Positions 25,698-32,000 of a DNA stretch of 32,000 nt are shown piece after piece. Each line of letters begins with the position of its first letter. Positions within the stretch are counted from its first letter, which is position 1. The stretch comes from Acholeplasma laidlawii PG-8A. Lineage in GTDB: Bacteria > Bacillota_I > Bacilli_A > Acholeplasmatales > Acholeplasmataceae. Location of the stretch: the NCBI RefSeq assembly GCF_000018785.1, contig NC_010163.1, positions 180,001 to 212,000 on the forward strand. Reading direction: 5' to 3'. Under the pieces are notes generated by a model. The model did no database searches. It was not told the DNA's origin and saw only the letters and a list, made by a program, of their open reading frames with translations. Made by a program: the position numbers and the translations under genes.

Positions 25698-25730
25698 ATA
25701 TTATAAAAGAGATATACTCTTTTATAATAT
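25698..25730. repeat. 14-bp perfect inverted repeat (ATATTATAAAAGAG / CTCTTTTATAATAT) with a 5-nt spacer, 13 nt upstream of mscL
   Basis: The arms at 25698-25711 and 25717-25730 are exact reverse complements. The right arm contains a TATAAT hexamer (25722-25727). Confidence 0.7.
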
Positions 25731-25743
25731 TGAGAAGATAAGT

Positions 25744-26280
25744 ATGGGTAAACAAATCAAAATATCCAAGGAACAACGTAAAAAAGGTTTCTTAAATGGA
25801 TTTAAGAATTTTATCATGCGTGGAAACGTTATTGATATGGCAGTGGGTGTAATTGTTGGTGGAGCTTTCGGTAAGATTGTTACAAGTCTTGTCAATGACA
25901 TTATATTACCTCCAATTGGTGTTTTATTAGGCGGTGTGGAGTTTAGAGACTTACAAGCACTGATTCATCAAAAACCAGTTTTAGATGATAATGGTGCACA
26001 AGTCGTGATTGATGGTATTGCACAATTTAATAATGTATATATTCGTTATGGGAATTTAATTCAAATCATTTTAGAATTCTTAATTATTGCATTTTCTATT
26101 TATCTCGTTTTATATATCTTTATAAAACGTAAGGAACAAGAAGAGAAATTTATTGCTGAAGAAAAAGCAAGACTAGAAAAATTAGAAGCTGAAAAAAATC
26201 CTCCAAAACCAGCACCAAAACCAGAAGACATTCAATTGCTAATCGAAATTAGGGATTTACTAAAGAAAAATGAAAAGTAA
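25744..26280 (+). CDS. mscL: Large-conductance mechanosensitive channel MscL (extended variant, 178 aa)
   Basis: RGNVIDMAVGVIVGGAFGKIVTSLVNDIILPPIG is the canonical TM1 region. The C-terminal EDIQLLIEIRDLLKK resembles the MscL C-terminal helix. Confidence 0.93.
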   Translation: MGKQIKISKEQRKKGFLNGFKNFIMRGNVIDMAVGVIVGGAFGKIVTSLVNDIILPPIGVLLGGVEFRDLQALIHQKPVLDDNGAQVVIDGIAQFNNVYIRYGNLIQIILEFLIIAFSIYLVLYIFIKRKEQEEKFIAEEKARLEKLEAEKNPPKPAPKPEDIQLLIEIRDLLKKNEK

Positions 26281-27121
26281 ATTTAAGGTAATCGTCTGCT
26301 CTAACTCTGCAATAGATTATTTAGAGTATGATAAGCAAATTGATATTTTTAGAAGTATGATTCACTTTGGGGATGAATCTTATAACGATTTTATTGATTT
26401 AGATGCTAAAACATTTTATGAGCGCATTAAAAAAGAACCAGATAATATACCTAAGACAAGTTATGTAGCACCAGGCTACATGCTAAATACATTTGATAAA
26501 CTCTACAAAGAAGGGTTCACTGATGTGCTAGTCATTGTCATAGCTAAACCACTTTCAGGTCTTCATGATGCAATTGTTCAATTGTCCAAAGAAACTAAAC
26601 TCAAGGTTCATGTGTATGATTCAAAAACACTTGCATACCCTGAAAGTTATATGGCAATGACTGCACAAAAGATGTTTAATTTAGGCGCTAACCTTAAAGA
26701 GGTTTTAGGTGTTTTAGATTATATAAGAGATCATCATAAAATGTATTTTGCTGTTGATACATTACTATATTTAGTTAAAAATGGTAGGTTATCTAAATTA
26801 AGCGGTACCTTAGGGTCTATCTTAAAAATTAAGCCAGTACTTACCTTATCTAAAGAAGGTAAGGTCGAAACACTAGAAAAAATTAGAACCTCTAAAAAGG
26901 CACTAGAGCGTATTGTAGATCTGTATTTAGAAGATACTAAAGATAAAGATGTTATCACCTTCATATCACATGCACATCATGATGATGGTGTGAAGTTAAT
27001 ATCTGATATGGTACATAGAGTCTACCCAAATAGAGAGATTGTTACCAGTTACTTAACACCGGTTGTGGGTGCACATTGTGGCCCTAAGGCAATTTCTATT
27101 GGATATATTATTAAACAATAA
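26270..27121 (+). CDS. degV: DegV-family fatty-acid-binding protein
   Basis: 283 aa. KVIVCSNSAIDY..., TSYVAPG, SGLHD and HCGPKAISIGY follow the DegV pattern. It overlaps mscL by 11 nt. Confidence 0.88.
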   Translation: MKSKFKVIVCSNSAIDYLEYDKQIDIFRSMIHFGDESYNDFIDLDAKTFYERIKKEPDNIPKTSYVAPGYMLNTFDKLYKEGFTDVLVIVIAKPLSGLHDAIVQLSKETKLKVHVYDSKTLAYPESYMAMTAQKMFNLGANLKEVLGVLDYIRDHHKMYFAVDTLLYLVKNGRLSKLSGTLGSILKIKPVLTLSKEGKVETLEKIRTSKKALERIVDLYLEDTKDKDVITFISHAHHDDGVKLISDMVHRVYPNREIVTSYLTPVVGAHCGPKAISIGYIIKQ

Positions 27122-27134
27122 TAAAATTTTTGTG

Positions 27135-27163
27135 TTGTAAAGTTTTTTGAATTATGATAATAT
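27135..27163 (+). promoter_or_regulatory. Candidate promoter of the aro operon leader (TTGTAA-17 nt-TAATAT with TG)
   Basis: TTGTAA at 27135-27140, a 17-nt spacer, TG at 27155-27156 and TAATAT at 27158-27163. Confidence 0.5.
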
Positions 27164-27183
27164 ACTATCAACATAAGAAAGTT

Positions 27184-27329
27184 GGTCACATTATGTTTAT
27201 AAATCAAGCTTATTACTACTTTTATCAAATGTAAAAGGACTTGCAGCAAAGCGCATTCCTTTTTAAGTTATTAAAAGAAGTTAAGGAATGTGACCCCAGC
27301 ATAAACAATTAATGATTATGACTCCTTAA
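27184..27329 (+). promoter_or_regulatory. Chain of mutually exclusive RNA pairings (anti-antiterminator / antiterminator candidates)
   Basis: AAAAGGA 27233-27239 pairs with TCCTTTT 27257-27263. CATTCCTT 27254-27261 pairs with AAGGAATG 27283-27290. TTAAGGA 27281-27287 pairs with TCCTTAA 27323-27329. GGTCACATT 27184-27192 pairs with AATGTGACC 27287-27295. Confidence 0.5.
27193..27234 (+). CDS. Candidate aromatic leader peptide MFINQAYYYFYQM (13 codons, 4 Tyr + 2 Phe)
   Basis: ATG at 27193, TAT TAC TAC TTT TAT at 27211-27225, and TAA at 27232-27234. It lies in the 5' leader of an aromatic amino acid operon, upstream of alternative hairpins and a terminator. The SD is weak (AAGAAAG at 27175-27181). 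Confidence 0.55.
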   Translation: MFINQAYYYFYQM

Positions 27330-27360
27330 GGGCTACAAACCTTTAAGGAGTTTTTTGTTT
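27321..27360 (+). terminator. Leader (attenuator) intrinsic terminator 27 nt upstream of aroF
   Basis: ACTCCTTAAGG (27321-27331) pairs with CCTTTAAGGAGT (27340-27351): 11 bp with one bulged T and an 8-nt loop. TTTTTTGTTT follows. Confidence 0.75.
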
Positions 27361-27386
27361 CAAAAAATAGAAAGAGAGAAAAAAAG

Positions 27387-28409
27387 ATGATTGTTCAAAT
27401 GAAAAAAGGTGCAACTAAAGATGAAGTTGATCACATACAAAAATATTTAATCAATAAAGGCTTTGGTATTAAAGACGCTTCAAGTGATGAAGTGACACTG
27501 TTTGGTGTTTTAGGTGATGTGAAATCTTTAGATCCTACACAACTACGTGTATTTTCCGGTGTTGAAAATGTGACAAGAATTTCTAGTCCATACAAGTTAG
27601 CTTCAAAAGCATTTAAAAAAGAACCTACCATTATCACTTTAAAAAATGGCGTTGTGATTGGTGGGGATGATTTTGTTGTTATGAGTGGTCCATGTAGTGT
27701 GGAAAGTGAAGAACAACTAAGAATTATTGCTAAAGCAGTTAAAGATAGTGGTTCTAATGTTTTAAGAGGTGGTGTATTTAAACCACGTACTTCACCATAT
27801 GCTTTCCAAGGATTAGGTATTGAAGGTTTAAAAATGATGCGTAAAGTGGCAGATGAATTTGGTATGGCTATCATTACTGAACTTATGGGTACAGAGCATA
27901 TAGATGAATTTGTTAAATACGTAGATATCATTCAGTTAGGTGCAAGAAATATGCAAAACTTTGACCTACTTAAAGCTGTTGGTAAAACAAATATTCCAGT
28001 ACTTCTTAAAAGAGGTTTAAGTGCTACGATTGAAGAGTGGCTCATGAGTGCCGAATACATTATGGCATCCGGTAATGATCAAGTTATCTTATGTGAACGA
28101 GGCATTAGAACTTTCGAAAAATACACAAGAAATACACTGGATATTTCTGCTGTATTAGCAGTGAGAGAACTCTCACACCTACCTGTGATTGTAGACCCTT
28201 CACACGCTGCTGGTAAATGGGAAATGATTGAATCTTTATCGCTAGCTTCACTTGCTGTTGAAGCAGATGGCATTATTGTTGAAGTACACCATGACCCAGA
28301 AAATGCACTATCTGATGGTGCACAAAGTTTAAAACCACATAAGTTTGAACATATGATGGATCGTCTTGAAAAAGCATCTACAGTATTTTCAAAACAACTG
28401 AAACGATGA
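27387..28409 (+). CDS. aroF: 3-deoxy-7-phosphoheptulonate (DAHP) synthase, type I-beta with N-terminal ferredoxin-like regulatory domain
   Basis: 340 aa, collinear with Thermotoga-type DAHPS: MIVQMKKGATKDEV... regulatory domain, then GPCSVES, KPRTSPYAFQGLG, LCERGIRTFE and VDPSH. Confidence 0.93.
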   Translation: MIVQMKKGATKDEVDHIQKYLINKGFGIKDASSDEVTLFGVLGDVKSLDPTQLRVFSGVENVTRISSPYKLASKAFKKEPTIITLKNGVVIGGDDFVVMSGPCSVESEEQLRIIAKAVKDSGSNVLRGGVFKPRTSPYAFQGLGIEGLKMMRKVADEFGMAIITELMGTEHIDEFVKYVDIIQLGARNMQNFDLLKAVGKTNIPVLLKRGLSATIEEWLMSAEYIMASGNDQVILCERGIRTFEKYTRNTLDISAVLAVRELSHLPVIVDPSHAAGKWEMIESLSLASLAVEADGIIVEVHHDPENALSDGAQSLKPHKFEHMMDRLEKASTVFSKQLKR

Positions 28410-29239
28410 AGATATTTATTGTTGGACTTGGTCTTATGGGAGCAAGTTATGCTCAAAAATTAACAAGTGTTGGACACGATGTTTTTGGGTTTGATAAAGA
28501 TCATAACACCAACTTAAAAGCGCTTAATGAAGGTGTTATAAAAGGTTATAATTTAAAGGATATGAAAGATTGTGAACTTGTCATACTTGCTTTATATCCA
28601 AATCAAATATTTGAATTTATCAAATCAAATTTATCTTACTTTGATACACAACTAATAACCGATATCAGCGGTACTAAAACTAAACTTCTAGATGAGGTGT
28701 TAGAATTACTACCTAAATCAATTAATTATGTATCCCATCACCCGATGGCTGGTAGAGAAAAGTCAGGTTATGATCATAAAGATGTAACGATGTTTAAAAA
28801 TGCTAATTTTTTAATCATCGACTCACACCATGCAAAACCACATCACATTGAAACAATTAAAAAACTAGGATTAGATTTAGGATTTAAAAGGCAAATTGTT
28901 TTATCTGCCTATGAACATGATGAACTTATTGCACATACATCCCAGTTAACCCATTTAATTGCAGTATCGTTGATGCTTATGAATAAAAATGAACATACAA
29001 AAGATGCGACTGGAGATTCATTTAGAGATTTAACAAGAATTGCAAATATTAATGAAATCTTATGGACAGAACTCTTTTTAGATAATAAGAACGCTCTTAT
29101 CCAAAAAATAGATGAATTTGTAGATGTTTTAGGTGAACTTAAACATGATATATTAGCCTCAAATGAAGTTATATTGAAAGAAAAGCTTAAAGAATCTAAG
29201 AAAAGGAGAATTAGCTTTGATGAGACAAACACTCGATAA
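28406..29239 (+). CDS. tyrA: Prephenate dehydrogenase
   Basis: N-terminal Rossmann motif IVGLGLMGAS and the SHHPMAG catalytic motif. Coupled to aroF by an ATGA overlap. Confidence 0.9.
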   Translation: MKIFIVGLGLMGASYAQKLTSVGHDVFGFDKDHNTNLKALNEGVIKGYNLKDMKDCELVILALYPNQIFEFIKSNLSYFDTQLITDISGTKTKLLDEVLELLPKSINYVSHHPMAGREKSGYDHKDVTMFKNANFLIIDSHHAKPHHIETIKKLGLDLGFKRQIVLSAYEHDELIAHTSQLTHLIAVSLMLMNKNEHTKDATGDSFRDLTRIANINEILWTELFLDNKNALIQKIDEFVDVLGELKHDILASNEVILKEKLKESKKRRISFDETNTR

Positions 29240-30218
29240 TTATGAAATAGTAGTTAAACAAAATTTGATGAATGATTTGGGTGAGGAAATAACTAGTGTT
29301 TATCCTTATAAAGATATTTTTGTTATTACTGACCATAATGTATTTAAACTATATGAAAACTTATTAACAACGAAGTTAAATATGTTTAATTTAAAATTTG
29401 TAAGTGTTGAACCAGGCGAACAATCAAAATCTTTAAGCACCTACCAAGAAGTTGTTCAAAAATTACTTAAATTAGGTATGAGAAAGAATCATTTACTTAT
29501 TGCCTTAGGTGGTGGTGTAGTAGGAGATTTAGCTGGATTTGTTGCAGCTACTTTATTTAGAGGTGCACCATTTATTCAAATACCAACAACGTTACTAGCG
29601 ATGGTAGATTCATCAATTGGCGGTAAAACTGGTCTAGATTTAAATGAAGGTAAAAATTTAATTGGTGCTTACAAAAATCCACTTAAAGTTTTAATTGATC
29701 CTTCATTTTTAGATACATTACCTAAAGTAGAATATAAAAATGGATTAGCAGAAGTATTAAAACATGGACTCATTGGGGATCCTAAATTATATGAATATTT
29801 AAAAGTAAATGATAAATTAACACTGAATGAAATCAAACGTGCAATTCAAGTCAAAGTGAACATTGTTAAAAAAGATCCGTTTGAACAAAACGAACGTATG
29901 TTCTTAAATTTTGGACATACCTTTGGACATGCAATCGAGCGTCATTATGATTTTGCAATCAAACACGGTGTAGCAATTAGCTATGGTATGTTAATTAGTT
30001 TAGAATTAGGCATTAAAGCAAAGATTACACCAGCACATCTTTTTGATGATGTTAAAAACATTTTATTAAGATTAGAACTAGTTAAAGAACCTTTATTAGA
30101 TAAAAAACAATTTATAGAATATATAGGTTTTGACAAGAAAAACCTAGCGGATGGTTTACGTTTTGTTTATATCAAAAACATAGGTGAACCAATCATTAAG
30201 AAAGGTGTTGAAATATAA
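29220..30218 (+). CDS. aroB: 3-dehydroquinate synthase
   Basis: GGGVVGDLAGFVAA, PTTLLAMVDSSIGGKTG and the His ligands FGHTFGHAIE. The ATG at 29220 lies 11 nt after SD AGGAGA. An in-frame TTG at 29217 is also possible. Confidence 0.93.
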   Translation: MRQTLDNYEIVVKQNLMNDLGEEITSVYPYKDIFVITDHNVFKLYENLLTTKLNMFNLKFVSVEPGEQSKSLSTYQEVVQKLLKLGMRKNHLLIALGGGVVGDLAGFVAATLFRGAPFIQIPTTLLAMVDSSIGGKTGLDLNEGKNLIGAYKNPLKVLIDPSFLDTLPKVEYKNGLAEVLKHGLIGDPKLYEYLKVNDKLTLNEIKRAIQVKVNIVKKDPFEQNERMFLNFGHTFGHAIERHYDFAIKHGVAISYGMLISLELGIKAKITPAHLFDDVKNILLRLELVKEPLLDKKQFIEYIGFDKKNLADGLRFVYIKNIGEPIIKKGVEI

Positions 30219-30219
30219 A

Positions 30220-31461
30220 GTGCTAGAAATTATTCCAACCAATTTATCAGGTGAAGTAAAGATTGTTTCATCTAAATCTTTATCACACCGATATGTACTT
30301 GCAGCAGCTCTTGCACATGGACAATCAAAGATTGATAACATATTAGACTCTGATGATTTAATAGCCACACAAAGCGCTTTAAAAAGTTTAGGTGCAACCA
30401 TTAATCAAGGATTAATTACAGGTGGTAAGGTTCAAAGAGTACATGAAACTATTGATTGTTTTGAGTCTGGTTCTACATTAAGATTTTTAATTCCGGTCGC
30501 AATGCTTCAAGATAAACCTGTGACATTCACGGGTAAAAATCAACTACCATTTCGTACTCAAGAAATGTATGAAAACCTCTTTAAAGAAACTTATCAATTT
30601 GAGCATCCAAAAGATAAGTGGTTACCACTTACTGTAAGTGGTCCACTTAAAGGTGGTACATATCACTTAAGAGGTGATGTAAGTAGCCAGTTTATTACAG
30701 GCTTACTTTATGCTTTACCACTTGCACCAAATGATTCTGAAATTATTTTAACCTCGCACTTAGAATCTGTTGGTTATGTAGATATGACACTCGATGTATT
30801 AGATAAATTTGGTATTAAGATTATTAAAACTGTAAATGGTTATAAGATACCTGGAAACCAACACTATAATCCGGGCAACTACAGTGTAGAAGGTGATTTT
30901 AGTGGGGCAGCATTTTTTGTTGCAGCAGGCTTACTTGCTGGACCAATTCACTTAACTAATTTAAATCACCATAGTTTACAAGGTGATAAAGAAATTATTG
31001 ATCTTGCAGTGAAGATGGGTGGAGATATTACACCCACAAGTGAAGGTTATTTGGTTAAACCATCTAAATTAAAAGGTATTTCTATTGATGTCGGACAAAT
31101 TCCAGATTTAGGTCCGATACTTATGGTACTTGGTGCACTTGCAGAAGGTACTACAATTATTCATAACGCATCTAGATTACGTATTAAAGAATCTGATAGA
31201 TTAAATGCTATGGTAACAAACCTTAAAGCACTTGGTGCAAACATTAAAGAAATAGGGGATACTGTAGAAATTAAAGGTGTTTCTAAACTAAAAGGCGGCG
31301 TTCTAGTTTCAAGTTATAAAGATCATAGAATTGCCATGTCGATGGCGGTTGCCTCCATCATGTGCGAACAACCAATTACACTAGATGATGAGACTGTAGT
31401 GTCTAAAAGTTATCCAAATTTCTTTGAAAGTTTTAAAGCGTTAGGAGGTCAAGTAAAGTGA
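30220..31461 (+). CDS. aroA: 3-phosphoshikimate 1-carboxyvinyltransferase (EPSP synthase)
   Basis: SKSLSHRYVL, GDVSSQFITGLL, RIKESDRL and DHRIAMS. I favour the GTG at 30220, just after the aroB stop and giving the usual N-terminus. The in-frame ATG at 30184 would add 12 aa and overlap aroB. Confidence 0.9.
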   Translation: MLEIIPTNLSGEVKIVSSKSLSHRYVLAAALAHGQSKIDNILDSDDLIATQSALKSLGATINQGLITGGKVQRVHETIDCFESGSTLRFLIPVAMLQDKPVTFTGKNQLPFRTQEMYENLFKETYQFEHPKDKWLPLTVSGPLKGGTYHLRGDVSSQFITGLLYALPLAPNDSEIILTSHLESVGYVDMTLDVLDKFGIKIIKTVNGYKIPGNQHYNPGNYSVEGDFSGAAFFVAAGLLAGPIHLTNLNHHSLQGDKEIIDLAVKMGGDITPTSEGYLVKPSKLKGISIDVGQIPDLGPILMVLGALAEGTTIIHNASRLRIKESDRLNAMVTNLKALGANIKEIGDTVEIKGVSKLKGGVLVSSYKDHRIAMSMAVASIMCEQPITLDDETVVSKSYPNFFESFKALGGQVK

Positions 31462-31712
31462 GTTTAGAACCCTTAAGAAATGAAATTGATAAAGTGGATA
31501 AAGAACTTGTCAAATTATTAGAGCGCCGTTTTGAATTAGTAAAAGAAATTGGCGACTATAAGAAGTTACATAACTTGCCAGTTCTAGATCTAGCAAGAGA
31601 ACAACAAGTACTTCAAAAGAAAAAGGAACAACTCTCCAATAAGGACTTATGGCCTCACTTTGAAAAGTTGTTTCAACATATTATGAATATCTCAAAAGAA
31701 TTAGAAAAATGA
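31458..31712 (+). CDS. Chorismate mutase, small AroQ class
   Basis: 84 aa. LRNEIDKVDKELVKLLERRFELVKEIGDYK...PVLDLAREQQVL is the AroQ helix pattern. The GTG start follows SD AGGAGG and overlaps the aroA stop. Confidence 0.85.
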   Translation: MSLEPLRNEIDKVDKELVKLLERRFELVKEIGDYKKLHNLPVLDLAREQQVLQKKKEQLSNKDLWPHFEKLFQHIMNISKELEK

Positions 31713-32000
31713 AAGTATTTGGATTAATTGGACATCCATTAGGGCACTCTAAGTCGCCTAAATTACATAAAATCATTGCTAGTTATTTTAGTAGACAACT
31801 AGTTTATAAATTATTTGATATGGATCACATCGATAAAGTAAAACCATTGATTGAAGGGTTAAAAAATGGTACATATCATGGTTTTAATGTAACCATTCCA
31901 TATAAGGAAGCAGTGCTTCCCTTTTTGGATATCATAACACCTAAAGCTCAAAAGATAGGTGCAGTAAACACTATCTATTTTAAAGATAATCAAGTCATAG
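31709..32000 (+). CDS. aroE: Shikimate dehydrogenase, N-terminal 97 aa (continues past the window)
   Basis: MKVFGLIGHPLGHSKSPKLH... and GFNVTIPYKE are shikimate dehydrogenase motifs. ATGA overlap with the chorismate mutase stop. Confidence 0.88.
   Translation, partial: MKVFGLIGHPLGHSKSPKLHKIIASYFSRQLVYKLFDMDHIDKVKPLIEGLKNGTYHGFNVTIPYKEAVLPFLDIITPKAQKIGAVNTIYFKDNQVI

Noticed and set aside
27165-27360. A T-box or other known riboswitch as the explanation for the aro leader.
   Set aside because: I cannot find the T-box consensus (GGUGGUACCGCG-like) or a specifier-loop/stem I architecture. The terminator-competing segments are short AAGGA/TCCTT repeats, and an aromatic-rich mini-ORF is present. 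A covariance-model scan is still needed to exclude known RNA families.
1-32000. Mycoplasma-type genetic code (TGA = Trp).
   Set aside because: TGA terminates tatD (3386-3388), the HtrA-like gene (5231-5233), prfA (13500-13502), yycJ (25146-25148), aroF (28407-28409), aroA (31459-31461) and chorismate mutase (31710-31712), each at the expected protein length. No conserved protein needs an in-frame TGA.

Overview
The window is AT-rich (not computed, by eye about one-third GC), densely packed, mostly housekeeping bacterial chromosome. TGA is used as a stop codon: it ends tatD, the HtrA-like gene, prfA, yycJ, aroF, aroA and chorismate mutase. All conserved proteins are full length under the standard bacterial code. 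Gene content and Bacillus-like synteny suggest a low-GC Bacillota/Mollicutes-type organism, perhaps Acholeplasma-like; this is inference only. The synteny blocks are fusA-tuf, rpsF-ssb-rpsR-gdpP-rplI-dnaB, prfA-prmC-tsaC...rpiB-upp-DUF1146, and yycJ-rlmH. I call 39 distinct protein genes plus a candidate leader mini-ORF, several intrinsic terminators, and a set of extended -10 (TGnTATAAT) promoters. I found no rRNA, tRNA, CRISPR array or mobile element.

Observations most worth a second look:
1. A 13-codon Tyr/Phe-rich leader ORF (MFINQAYYYFYQM) sits upstream of a shikimate/aromatic operon (aroF-tyrA-aroB-aroA-chorismate mutase-aroE). It is followed by a chain of mutually exclusive hairpins and an intrinsic terminator, which makes it a candidate ribosome-mediated attenuator.
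2. There is no stop codon between a complete GdpP-type c-di-AMP phosphodiesterase and ribosomal protein L9, and an internal SD plus ATG sits at the junction.
3. Two lipoprotein trypsin-fold paralogs lie in tandem. The first has lost the catalytic His and Ser; the second is an intact HtrA-like protease with a PDZ domain.
4. A 1074-aa lipoprotein appears to be built from two PrsA/SurA-like chaperone modules, with a roughly 200-aa expanded parvulin-like domain.
5. Perfect inverted repeats overlap the divergent lipoprotein/yycJ promoters (13 bp) and the mscL leader (14 bp).
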